Source: Pelosinus sp. (GTDB lineage: Bacteria > Bacillota > Negativicutes > Propionisporales > Propionisporaceae). From it: DNA of 14,487 nucleotides. The stretch's first letter is position 1; each line of letters begins with the position of its first letter. The DNA lies in contig JAJFUN010000018.1 in NCBI GenBank assembly GCA_021372375.1, positions 1-14,487 on the forward strand, given 5' to 3'. A program made the position numbers and the translations under genes. Below are positions 1-8,063 of the stretch, piece after piece. The notes beneath the pieces were generated by a model. That model worked only from the letters and a program-made list of their open reading frames with translations. It did not search any database and had not been told where the DNA came from.

Positions 1-260
1 TCTTGACAAAAAAGGAACGTCCCCGACTGTCAACCTTAAGTATTGTTATGAGGTCTGCTGTCAGCCATAGTATGGCTTGTGCAAAAGTCCTTTTTTATGG
101 TTTGAGAAGCTATAATAACTAGAAAATCAGTGCTTAAAATAATTTATTGAATGGCGGTTTTTAAACAATTAAGACATGCCTGGATTGTCTCACGACCACG
201 GACAAATAACATAAATATAATAAATTTATGATATAATTATAATAATAAAGGAGTGATTTT

Positions 261-1616
261 GTGGATAAACGTTTAACCTTGTCTTCGTACATTTTAATTG
301 GTTCAATGCTTTTTGGTCTGTTTTTCGGGGCAGGAAACTTGATTTTTCCTGTACATATGGGGCAGGAGGCTGGCAGTAATGTCATGATTGCTACTCTTGG
401 CTTTCTGGTAACAGGCATTGGACTGCCGTTCTTAGGTGTAGTAGCTATTGGAATTTCCAACAGTAATGGTTTGTTTGATCTGGCAAGCCGCATCCATCCG
501 TTGTATGCTTATGGCATGACAATATTGCTGTATCTAACAATAGGTCCTTTTTTTGCTCTGCCGCGAACAGGCACGGTTTCTTATGAAATAGGTTTAGCTC
601 CCTATATTGCTAAGGAGCAGCAATTGGTTGGTTTAGTTTGTTTTACTATTTTATTTTTTCTTATTGCACTACTTTTTTCATTAAAACCTAGTAAAATTTT
701 GACTTGGGTCGGAAAAATTTTAAATCCATTGTTTTTGTTGTTTTTGGCATTTTTAATTGTCATAAGTTTTGTAAATCCAATGGGCTCGGCTTCTAATGCG
801 CAAATTCACGGTGCTTATAATGCACAGCCGTTTTTTAAAGGGTTCACCGAAGGTTATAACACCATGGATGCATTGGCTTCGCTGGCTTTTGGCATTATTG
901 TTGTGCAGACCTTAAAGGATTTAGGGGTTAATAGTCCCCTCGGTATTGCAATCGGTACTGTGAAGGCAGGGGCAGTAAGTGTAGGGCTTATGGGCTTAAT
1001 CTATGGCTGTCTTGCTTATATTGGGGCAACAAGTGTAGTTCAGTTTAAGTTGTCGGCAAATGGAGGCATTGCTTTAGCGCAAATTGCCAAGTTCTATTTT
1101 GGTGCAGCGGGCAGTATTTTGCTAGCAATTATTGTGACACTGGCCTGTTTGAAAACAGCAATCGGTCTAATAACCGCCTGCTCAGAAACATTTCACAAGT
1201 TGTTTCCAAATTTGCTCAGCTATAAAGCATATGTGTGTTTATTTACACTGGTGTCCTGTATGATTGCCAATGTCGGCTTGACCCAGATCATTGCTTTATC
1301 AATTCCGGCTTTAATGTTTTTATATCCGCTGGCAATTACTTTGATTTTACTGGCCTTTTTGTCACCCTTGTTTAAGCATCGTCAAATTGTCTATAGCTTA
1401 ACGACATTGTGTACCTTGTTTGCTAGTATAGGCGATGCTTTTGCGGCAATGCCTGAAGCAATTAAACATGAACCATGTATAGAGCAGTTGCTGGCCCTTT
1501 ACCGTAATTTTCTACCGTTTTTTGACATTGGCATGGGCTGGGTGATACCAGCGGCTATCGGTTTAGTATTAGGCTGTTTAATTGGACTTTTTTCAAAAAG
1601 TCCCGCACAAGCCTAA
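261..1616 (+). CDS. brnQ: Branched-chain amino acid transport system II carrier (LIVCS family, BrnQ-like)
   Basis: 451-aa ORF with GTG start at 261, preceded by AAAGGAG (247-253) and a 7-nt spacer. Highly hydrophobic, about 12 TM segments. N-terminal LFFGAGNLIFP motif is typical of BrnQ/LIVCS carriers. The call rests on remembered family features, not a search. Confidence 0.85.
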   Translation: MDKRLTLSSYILIGSMLFGLFFGAGNLIFPVHMGQEAGSNVMIATLGFLVTGIGLPFLGVVAIGISNSNGLFDLASRIHPLYAYGMTILLYLTIGPFFALPRTGTVSYEIGLAPYIAKEQQLVGLVCFTILFFLIALLFSLKPSKILTWVGKILNPLFLLFLAFLIVISFVNPMGSASNAQIHGAYNAQPFFKGFTEGYNTMDALASLAFGIIVVQTLKDLGVNSPLGIAIGTVKAGAVSVGLMGLIYGCLAYIGATSVVQFKLSANGGIALAQIAKFYFGAAGSILLAIIVTLACLKTAIGLITACSETFHKLFPNLLSYKAYVCLFTLVSCMIANVGLTQIIALSIPALMFLYPLAITLILLAFLSPLFKHRQIVYSLTTLCTLFASIGDAFAAMPEAIKHEPCIEQLLALYRNFLPFFDIGMGWVIPAAIGLVLGCLIGLFSKSPAQA

Positions 1617-1682
1617 CGGAATATTATTAGCTGACATTCGCTGATGAAAGTATATACGTGATTTTACAAGCTGGCAATACTG

Positions 1683-1712
1683 AAAAACTCCTGATGCGGG
1701 CAGGAGTTTTTC
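1683..1712 (+). terminator. Rho-independent terminator after brnQ (perfect 11-bp stem AAAAACTCCTG / CAGGAGTTTTT, 7-nt loop, followed by T-run). The A-tract/T-tract symmetry makes it potentially bidirectional.
   Basis: Inverted repeat read directly: aaaaactcctg-atgcggg-caggagttttt, then tcagtattg. Confidence 0.7.
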
Positions 1713-1796
1713 AGTATTGTGTGAAATGTTACAATATAATTGTTCATAATGAGACTGACACCGAGCCAGCCTCGATAATTAAAAGGAGGCAGGGGT

Positions 1797-2201
1797 ATGT
1801 TTTCTCTATTACTTATTTTTTTAGGCATTTACATTGTATATTGTTTGCTTAGGTCTGGTTCACATGCTGCAGGCGGGTATGGTAATTCAGGCATGGGCAG
1901 CATGTTTGGCGGCATGGTTCTTGGCTATTTGCTGTCGCATTATCTGATTGATCAAAATCAATATGACATGTGGCGAAATCTTGATGATGATGATTTGCGG
2001 GACACGCTTACTTCGCAAGGGATTTTGAATGATGCTGATTATAATCAGCTTTTGGGGCAAGCAGCCGAGGGAGCGCTGCCGGGCTATGATAATAGCGATA
2101 CTGATTTAAATAGTGATGCCAATGATTATGTTGCAGCCAATGACAGTTCTAGCTATGATGATTTTGGCGGTGGGGATGATTTCGGTGGTTTTGATGCGTA
2201 G
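1797..2201 (+). CDS. Hypothetical small membrane protein (134 aa): N-terminal TM helix, Gly-rich segment, highly acidic D-rich C-terminal tail ending DDFGGGDDFGGFDA
   Basis: ATG at 1797 preceded by AAAAGGAGGCAGGGG (strong SD). Hydrophobic residues 3-20, then GGYGNSGMGSMFGGMVLGY (GxxxG-like), then about 70 residues rich in D/N/S. I do not recognise a family. Confidence 0.6.
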   Translation: MFSLLLIFLGIYIVYCLLRSGSHAAGGYGNSGMGSMFGGMVLGYLLSHYLIDQNQYDMWRNLDDDDLRDTLTSQGILNDADYNQLLGQAAEGALPGYDNSDTDLNSDANDYVAANDSSSYDDFGGGDDFGGFDA

Positions 2202-2283
2202 GTAATTAAAAATAAGGGAACTGCTATGGCTTATTATAGGCATGGCAACTCCCTTTACTTTCCTTGCTTGAAGATAAATATTA

Positions 2284-2439
2284 TTAGCGATACAACAAAT
2301 AGTAGCTGGACATGGCTGTGCTAAGTCGGTGCTTTTCATCCATATGGCTTAAGTCGGCGCTGGAATCCTCCAGACAATCTAGGCCTGTATCGGTTTGTTC
2401 GACTTGTGTATGGCCTAGTGCAGAATTTGGATCTTTCAT
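2284..2439 (-). CDS. Candidate small ORF (51 aa, acidic, hydrophilic: MKDPNSALGHTQVEQTDTGLDCLEDSSADLSHMDEKHRLSTAMSSYYLLYR). Not in the supplied ORF track, presumably because it falls below a length cutoff.
   Basis: On the minus strand, ATG (rc of 2437-2439) is preceded by AAGGGGGCG with a 7-nt spacer (a strong SD). It ends in a double TAA TAA. No homology evidence is available. Confidence 0.25.
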   Translation of the reverse strand: MKDPNSALGHTQVEQTDTGLDCLEDSSADLSHMDEKHRLSTAMSSYYLLYR

Positions 2440-2561
2440 TTAATCGCCCCCTTATATATAAAATACACTGATAGTATGCACTAAATTTATCTGGTTAACA
2501 CATTGCTTGCAGGAAATGTAAGCTTTATGACGAAATTTGCATTTTAGAAGGAGTGATTTTT

Positions 2562-2969
2562 ATGATGGTAATATGGAAAGAGGAATATAGTGTCGGCATA
2601 ACCGAGATAGACGAACAGCACAAGCAGCTATTTGATATTGTGAATCGCACGCAAGAACTTATGGACAATGAATTCATCGTTGATAAATATGATAAAATAG
2701 TCGAGATAATTGATGAGTTAAAGGCATACACCCATTACCATTTTAAGGCTGAAGAAGATTACATGCTCAAAATCGGCTATAAAAAGTTTTTCTCGCAAAA
2801 AGTAGCCCATACGGACTTTTTAGAAAAGGTAGATTCTATTGACCTTACTCAAATTGATCTAAATCAAAATAAATATCTACAAGACATATTACAATTTGTG
2901 TGTGATTGGCTGGTAGGACATATTTTAAAACAGGATAAGCTGATTGGCGCAAATGCCGAGAATTTATAA
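2562..2969 (+). CDS. Hemerythrin-like metal-binding protein (bacteriohemerythrin, standalone)
   Basis: ORF begins MMVIWKEEYSVGITEIDEQHKQLF, the classic bacteriohemerythrin N-terminus (W-x-x-x-Y, I/V-D-x-x-H). Further His/Glu/Asp ligand positions (YTHYHF, AHTDFL, GHILKQD) match the H-HxxxE-H-HxxxxD pattern. The ATG at 2562 has the better SD (GAAGGAGTGA at 2547-2556, 5-nt spacer). The track start at 2553 is the alternative. Confidence 0.8.
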   Translation: MMVIWKEEYSVGITEIDEQHKQLFDIVNRTQELMDNEFIVDKYDKIVEIIDELKAYTHYHFKAEEDYMLKIGYKKFFSQKVAHTDFLEKVDSIDLTQIDLNQNKYLQDILQFVCDWLVGHILKQDKLIGANAENL

Positions 2970-2986
2970 GTATCTAGAAGTTATTA

Positions 2987-3030
2987 AAAAACACCAAACA
3001 AGTCAAAATTGGCTTGTTTGGTGTTTTTTA
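2987..3030. terminator. Bidirectional rho-independent terminator shared by the convergent hemerythrin (+) and GGDEF (-) genes
   Basis: aaaaa-ACACCAAACAAG-tcaaaattgg-CTTGTTTGGTGT-tttttt: 12-bp perfect stem, 10-nt loop, A-run 5' and T-run 3'. Confidence 0.75.
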
Positions 3031-3031
3031 C

Positions 3032-3940
3032 TTAATCGGCTATTACCCGATTGCGACCGGTGTTTTTGGCTTCATATAGATTTTTATCTACTGAAGCCAG
3101 TAAATCAGTCATGACCACAGTTTCTCGCGAGAATGTATGAACGCCAAAACTGGCTGTAATCTTTATTGTACCACCAGCAGTTGGGAGGGCTAAGTGTTCT
3201 ATTGCTGTTCGCATCCGTTCGGCAATAGTTTTAGCAGCTTTGGCATCGCAGTCGTTAAGGCAAATTAAAAATTCTTCGCCGCCGTAGCGGGCAACCCAGT
3301 CTTCTTTTTGCTCTCGGATGTTTTTGGTTAACTCCAGGGCAAAGTATTTTAAAACCTCATCACCAATAATATGTCCATATTGATCATTTACCCTTTTAAA
3401 ATGATCAATATCTGCCATGATTAATGAACACGGTTGTTTGCTTGAACGAATAATTTCGAGTGGCAATCTTTCTGAAATATATCGTCTATTATATACCTTG
3501 GTAAGTTCGTCAGTGATTGCTATTGCATTTAGTTTAGCAATGGAAGTACGAATTTCCTCAAAATCTGTATGTTCCGTAAGGCCGTGCCAAACATTTCCTA
3601 GAATATTGCGTGAGGTGACATCTTTTAGCAATTCTAATACAACAATTCGTTCAGATAAGTGTATGGGCATTGCGGTAATCATATAAACTTTATCTTCAGT
3701 AGCCTGAAATTTTACAAATGTACCGTTTTCCAGTGCAGCACGCATGGATATGCAGTTTAAGCAAATAGACCCTTCTGCCCAAAAATCATAGCATAGTTGG
3801 GTTTCTGAAATGACTTCTAGTCCGGTTGCATTATTGTCAACAGTACTCATAACCTGTTTTTTTACTGGATCTACAATGCGCACTTTATCGTAATACTTTG
3901 CAAAAACTTTCATGTCGTCTACTATCGAATTCATATCCAT
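3032..3940 (-). CDS. Diguanylate cyclase (GGDEF domain, active-site GGEEF) with an approx. 130-aa N-terminal Cys-containing sensory domain of unrecognised type
   Basis: 302-aa ORF. The C-terminal half has GGDEF-domain hallmarks (DxFKxxND, RYGGEEF, the NLYEAK segment near the C-terminus). The position where the RxxD I-site normally lies reads QKED, so the I-site Arg is absent. The N-terminal domain contains CYDFWAEGSICLNC. Confidence 0.9.
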   Translation of the reverse strand: MDMNSIVDDMKVFAKYYDKVRIVDPVKKQVMSTVDNNATGLEVISETQLCYDFWAEGSICLNCISMRAALENGTFVKFQATEDKVYMITAMPIHLSERIVVLELLKDVTSRNILGNVWHGLTEHTDFEEIRTSIAKLNAIAITDELTKVYNRRYISERLPLEIIRSSKQPCSLIMADIDHFKRVNDQYGHIIGDEVLKYFALELTKNIREQKEDWVARYGGEEFLICLNDCDAKAAKTIAERMRTAIEHLALPTAGGTIKITASFGVHTFSRETVVMTDLLASVDKNLYEAKNTGRNRVIAD

Positions 3941-4177
3941 AACAGTTCCTCCTGCAGTGAAGTAACGATAAGTTATTGTCAGTTTATCATAATAATTGTC
4001 AATTTACAATTAAAAACGATTATTGTTTAATAATTAATAAAAATATATACTCTAAATTAAGAAACCTTATAAAATTTTAGAAATAAAGGAAAACGTAGCA
4101 TTGTAAAAAATATGCAGGAAAATGCTGAGAATGGACGAATATTATATATATATAATATATTAAAGGGGTGCACACTT

Positions 4178-5869
4178 ATGACATTAAAAGCTAAAGTGTT
4201 AGGCGGATTTATGCTGGCAGCTTTTATGACGCTGCTGGTTTCAGGGATTAGTATGTATATGATTGGCAATATGAATACAACAATGCAGCAAATGCAGGAC
4301 AGGACTATACCTTTGATGCTTAAAACTTCAAAGGTTGGTACGCTTAATGTTCAACAGGTTGGAACACTACGCGCTTTTTTCATAACAGGTCAGGATAGTT
4401 ATATTGCCGACTATAATAAATATAGTGATGAGGCTGGTAAGATTGAAGAAGAACTAGAAAAGGGTGCTATAACTGAAGAGGGCCGGAAATTTTCACAGGA
4501 ATTGACTGAACTTGATAATAAGTATGATGCTGCTGTAAAAAAAATTATTGCGATGAAAAAAAATGGTCAAGAGCAAGAAGCGATTATCTATATGCGTGAT
4601 GAGGCAACACCGATTGCTAAGCAGCTTAATGCTAAGGTAAACGAATTTATGACGTTTCGGGAAAAACAAGTCGGCGATACATTGTTAGAAGCGCAGTCAG
4701 CTGGTAATAAGGCGCGCACAATGACAGGGATAATTGCTATTATCGCGCTTTTAGGCGGGATTGGTATCGGTGTTAGCATCAGTCGTTCAGTGGACGGCGC
4801 ATTTAAGACGGTAATTGCTGATTTGGGCCGCTTGGCAAAAGGTGATTACAGCTTTAAGGTTGCTCAAGCAGATCTTGCCAAGAAAGATGAAGTAGGTATA
4901 ATGGCTAGGGCTATGGATAATATGCTAAAAGCCATGAGGGAGGTTATCGGCCAAGTAACTAGGTCTTCTCAGCAGCTGGCTGCATCTTCTGAGGAACTTA
5001 CTGCTAGTTCAGAGCAGGCGGCTCAGGCAGCGAATCAGGTAGCAACTGCTATTACCGATGTAGCAGATGGTTCTGCTCATCAGGTAAAGGCAGTTGATGA
5101 AACAACTCATATTGTAGAACAGCTGTCTGCCGGTATCCAGGAGGTTGCGGCAAACGCGAGTAATGTTGCAGCCACGGCAAAGAAAACTTCCAGTGCTGCA
5201 CAGGAAGGCGGCAAAGCTGTAGAAAAGGCAACAAATCAAATGACGCAAATCGAGAAGTCTGTGGATGATTCGGCGCATAGGGTTGGCAAATTAGGTGAAC
5301 GTTCTTTGGAAATCGGCAAGATTGTAGATACTATTTCCGGTATTGCCGGGCAGACTAATTTGTTGGCGCTCAATGCTGCAATTGAAGCGGCAAGGGCCGG
5401 GGAGCAGGGTCGCGGGTTTGCGGTGGTAGCTGAAGAGGTGCGTAAGCTGGCGGAACAGTCGCAGGAAGCGGCAAAACAAATTGCGGAATTGATTAATGAA
5501 ATAAGGATAGATACCGATAAGGCAGTAACCGTAATGAATGAGGGTACACTAGAAGTAAGGACAGGCACGGAAGTGGTAAATGAGGCCGGTAAAACTTTTA
5601 TTGAAATTGTAAAGCTAATTGGTCAAGTTTCCGAACAGGTTCATGGTATTTCAGCGGCCATCGAACAAATGGCGGCAAGCAGTCAGCATATTGTTGTCTC
5701 AGTAAAAGATATTGATAAAATAAGTAAAGAGGCATCCGCGCATACCCAGACGGTTTCTGCCGCTACCCAGGAACAGTTGGCTTCTATGGAAGAAATTGCA
5801 TCATCCAGCCAGGCTTTGGCGAAGCTGGCGGAAGAGCTCAATAGCGCTACCGCGAAGTTTACTATATAA
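4178..5869 (+). CDS. Methyl-accepting chemotaxis protein (TM - extracytoplasmic 4-helix-bundle-like sensor - TM - HAMP - MCP signalling domain)
   Basis: ATG at 4178 ([18 protein letters not shown]1) is preceded by AAAGGGG with a 9-nt spacer, so it is preferred over the upstream in-frame ATG at 4112. Second TM is [16 protein letters not shown]. The conserved MCP core motif reads [39 protein letters not shown]. Confidence 0.9.
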   Translation: MTLKAKVLGGFMLAAFMTLLVSGISMYMIGNMNTTMQQMQDRTIPLMLKTSKVGTLNVQQVGTLRAFFITGQDSYIADYNKYSDEAGKIEEELEKGAITEEGRKFSQELTELDNKYDAAVKKIIAMKKNGQEQEAIIYMRDEATPIAKQLNAKVNEFMTFREKQVGDTLLEAQSAGNKARTMTGIIAIIALLGGIGIGVSISRSVDGAFKTVIADLGRLAKGDYSFKVAQADLAKKDEVGIMARAMDNMLKAMREVIGQVTRSSQQLAASSEELTASSEQAAQAANQVATAITDVADGSAHQVKAVDETTHIVEQLSAGIQEVAANASNVAATAKKTSSAAQEGGKAVEKATNQMTQIEKSVDDSAHRVGKLGERSLEIGKIVDTISGIAGQTNLLALNAAIEAARAGEQGRGFAVVAEEVRKLAEQSQEAAKQIAELINEIRIDTDKAVTVMNEGTLEVRTGTEVVNEAGKTFIEIVKLIGQVSEQVHGISAAIEQMAASSQHIVVSVKDIDKISKEASAHTQTVSAATQEQLASMEEIASSSQALAKLAEELNSATAKFTI

Positions 5870-5948
5870 AATTTGCTTAAGCAGTCTGAGCTGAGGTTTT
5901 TAGATAAGCCAAACAAAGTATGCTAATAGATAGTTGTAAAAACATAAG

Positions 5949-5977
5949 AAAAGTCCTGCGGATTTGCAGGACTTTTC
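5949..5977 (+). terminator. Rho-independent terminator after the MCP gene (AAAAGTCCTGC-ggattt-GCAGGACTTTT)
   Basis: Perfect 11-bp inverted repeat with a 6-nt loop, followed by TTTTCC. Confidence 0.7.
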
Positions 5978-6087
5978 CATTTTCATGAAAAATATTAGAT
6001 AGTAATAATAAAGGATGTTTTGTCTGAAACTTATAAAGGGGATGTGTATTATGCGCATACTATTTCATAGATACTGATTAAAAGGAG

Positions 6088-6678
6088 ATGATTGTAAAAC
6101 ATATGACAAGAGAAAATGCTATTTTAACATTTACCAATACGCTCTTTTATCCGCTTGAGCCAGCAAAAGATGAGGTCAAAGTAGAGGATATCGCGCATGC
6201 CTTATCGCAGATGTGCCGGGCAAACGGTCATTTTAAAACTTTTTATAGCGTGGCGCAGCATTCTATAAATTGCGCAAATGAGGCCAAAGCTAGAGGTTTA
6301 TCGGTCAGGGTGCAGTTAGCCTGCCTGCTGCACGACGCGAGTGAGGCCTATATTTCTGATATTACTAGACCAGTAAAGTGTTATCTGCACGAATATCGAA
6401 AAATTGAACATCGGCTGCAGCAGGTAATCTTTTCGCACTTTGGCGTTGCTGACCAGAGTGAAGCGGAAAAACGGCAGGTTGACGACATTGATAATGCCTT
6501 ATTGTACTTTGAATTTGAACAACTGCATAATCAGGGTATTTGCGAAAATCCCCCACGGATATATTCAAGACCTGATGTCGCCTTACGAAATATGATTACG
6601 GTTGAGGCGGAGCTTATTAATTTAGCCAAGTATCTTCTCAAGGAAATAGAGAAAGAGCAGCAGGAGTTTAGCTTATGA
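6088..6678 (+). CDS. HD-domain phosphohydrolase, YfbR-like (5'-deoxynucleotidase family)
   Basis: 196 aa. The LLHDASEAYISDITRPVKCY segment parallels E. coli YfbR (YHDASEVLTGDLPTPVKYF). Upstream His (VAQHS) and downstream Asp (QVDDIDNALLYFE) match the HD metal ligands. The ATG at 6088 abuts the GGAG (no spacer). The in-frame ATG at 6103 is an alternative start. Confidence 0.7.
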   Translation: MIVKHMTRENAILTFTNTLFYPLEPAKDEVKVEDIAHALSQMCRANGHFKTFYSVAQHSINCANEAKARGLSVRVQLACLLHDASEAYISDITRPVKCYLHEYRKIEHRLQQVIFSHFGVADQSEAEKRQVDDIDNALLYFEFEQLHNQGICENPPRIYSRPDVALRNMITVEAELINLAKYLLKEIEKEQQEFSL

Positions 6679-7454
6679 AAATAGCTTTGCTGCAAATGGA
6701 TATTGTTCTTGGTAATACAGCGGCTAACCGGCGCAAGGCAAAGACCATGATTGAGGAAGGCCTCAGGCAAAAGGCCAAGTTATTTGTATTACCTGAACTA
6801 TGGACTACCGGTTATATACTTGACAGTCTCTTAGAAATAGGCGAAGCGGAAGATGGGCTGACAGTCCGAATGCTGCAGAATATCGCACAAGAGCACGGCG
6901 TGGAAATTGTATCAGGTTCTATCGCTGAAATTCGAAATAGCCGGGTATATAATACCGTCTATGCAATCAATACAAATGGCGAGATCGTGGGTAAATACAG
7001 TAAGATTCACTTGGTGCCAATGATGAATGAAGCGGAGTTTTTAACTGCTGGCGATGCGCAGGGTATATTCGACCTCAGTTTTGGTAAAGCAGGCGCCATT
7101 ATATGTTATGACGTCAGGTTTCCCGAGCTTTCACGCAGTTTGGCCTTAAACGGCTGCCAAACTATGTTTGTGTCTGCTGAGTGGCCGGCTGGCCGCGGCA
7201 AGCACTGGCGAATTTTGAATATGGCCAGAGCTGTGGAAAATCAAATGTTTGTGTTTGCGGTCAACCGGGTCGGCCGGGATGTAGATAATACATTTTACGG
7301 ACATTCTATGCTAATCAATCCATGGGGCGATGTTATAGCGGAAGGCTCAGAGAATGAGGAACAGGTAATTATTGCTGACGTAGATTTTGGCATGGTGGAA
7401 AAGGTGAGAAAGCAGGTGCCGGTTTTTGCGGGCCGCCGGCCGGAGTGTTATTGA
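6675..7454 (+). CDS. Carbon-nitrogen hydrolase (nitrilase superfamily), YafV/omega-amidase (Nit2)-like
   Basis: 259 aa. Catalytic E-K-C triad is in the expected context (LPELW, KIHL, ICYDVRFPE). AEWPAGR, ARAVENQ and NRVG blocks parallel E. coli YafV. The start ATG overlaps the upstream TGA stop (ATGA), indicating translational coupling. SD is AGGAG at 6661-6665. Confidence 0.85.
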   Translation: MKIALLQMDIVLGNTAANRRKAKTMIEEGLRQKAKLFVLPELWTTGYILDSLLEIGEAEDGLTVRMLQNIAQEHGVEIVSGSIAEIRNSRVYNTVYAINTNGEIVGKYSKIHLVPMMNEAEFLTAGDAQGIFDLSFGKAGAIICYDVRFPELSRSLALNGCQTMFVSAEWPAGRGKHWRILNMARAVENQMFVFAVNRVGRDVDNTFYGHSMLINPWGDVIAEGSENEEQVIIADVDFGMVEKVRKQVPVFAGRRPECY

Positions 7455-7589
7455 TTGTTGTTTTTATACAAGAGGAAAATAGAAATATCAACAGCTAGAC
7501 CGCGCGGCGTTCTATTTTAGCGAGACCACGTATGTATTTTAATACTTACTGGTCTTTTTTTATAATAAATTTTAGAAATTGGTAGGTTT

Positions 7590-7619
7590 TTGTTTGGTTA
7601 CGTCGAATAAGAATATTAT
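7590..7619 (+). promoter_or_regulatory. Candidate sigma-A-type promoter for the REC/HD-GYP pair (TTGTTT-18 nt-TATTAT)
   Basis: Hexamers read directly. The 18-nt spacer is slightly long. No other support. Confidence 0.3.
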
Positions 7620-7661
7620 GGTAGATCATTCTAGTGAAGGCTAAAACTTGGAGTGATAATT

Positions 7662-8063
7662 GTGAGAGTATTGATTGTGGACGATTCATCACTTGTTAGA
7701 ATGCAAATGAAAAGAGTTTTGCTTGATAATTTTATAGATATTGAATTTGCTGAGGCCGCGAGTGGTATTGAAGCCCTGGAAAAGCATCGCAGGTTTAAAC
7801 CGGAAGTGATTATTTTGGATTATATTATACCTCCGCCTGATGGACTTGCGGTGCTCAAAATTTTAAAGGGTTTTGATAAACAGGTAAAAATAATTATAGT
7901 AACGACACTGGGAAAGCAAAAGTTTATTTATAATAAAATGCTAGACAGTGGCGCCTTGGCGGTGTTTGCAAAACCGATAACCCGGGAAGTTCTAATAGAA
8001 ATTATTTGTATATTGCAAAAATCTATCGGTACGGGTGAGAAAATTGAGGAAAATTCGCGTTGA
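7662..8063 (+). CDS. Single-domain CheY-like response regulator receiver (orphan, no cognate kinase in window)
   Basis: Begins MRVLIVDD. GTG at 7662 is 8 nt downstream of GGAG at 7650-7653 (the track start at 7653 lies inside the SD). Conserved DD pair, phospho-acceptor Asp in IILDYIIPPPDG, Thr in IIVTTLG, Lys in FAKP. Confidence 0.85.
   Translation: MRVLIVDDSSLVRMQMKRVLLDNFIDIEFAEAASGIEALEKHRRFKPEVIILDYIIPPPDGLAVLKILKGFDKQVKIIIVTTLGKQKFIYNKMLDSGALAVFAKPITREVLIEIICILQKSIGTGEKIEENSR

Noticed and set aside
100-260. T-box or CodY control of brnQ.
   Set aside because: No T-box consensus (AATTAGGGTGGNACCGCG-like) and no good AATTTTCWGAAAATT match. The GAAAATC at about 123-129 is only a half-site.
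161-493. Track ORFs antisense to or nested within confident genes. Coordinates of all of them: 161-493, 2106-2339, 2525-2731, 3417-3686, 4057-4269, 4588-4779, 5009-5278, 5052-5234, 5236-5568, 5291-5479, 5683-5916, 6365-6568, 6531-6770, 9259-9525, 9941-10135, 9972-10226, 10575-10979, 12065-12301, 12398-12778, 12992-13408, 13439-13651, 13854-14126, 1658-1852.
   Set aside because: All overlap strongly supported genes on the other strand or in another frame, lack SD sequences, and have low-complexity or odd compositions typical of shadow ORFs. 13854-14126 additionally runs through the hppA start and promoter.
1683-5977. Similarity between the brnQ terminator (AAAAACTCCTG..CAGGAGTTTTT) and the MCP terminator (AAAAGTCCTGC..GCAGGACTTTT), considered as a dispersed repeat family.
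   Set aside because: Both are generic GC-clamp stems flanked by A/T runs. The similarity is short and expected for intrinsic terminators.
248-7663. Recurrent motif GGAGTGAT(T/A)(T/A)TT in front of the brnQ, hemerythrin and REC starts (aaggagtgatttt at 248-260 and 2548-2560, ggagtgataatt at 7650-7661). Considered as a shared regulatory element.
   Set aside because: It is simply an extended Shine-Dalgarno. mRNA GGAG(G)UGAU is complementary to the 16S rRNA 3' tail ...GAUCACCUCCUU, so the TGAT extension is explained by anti-SD pairing.
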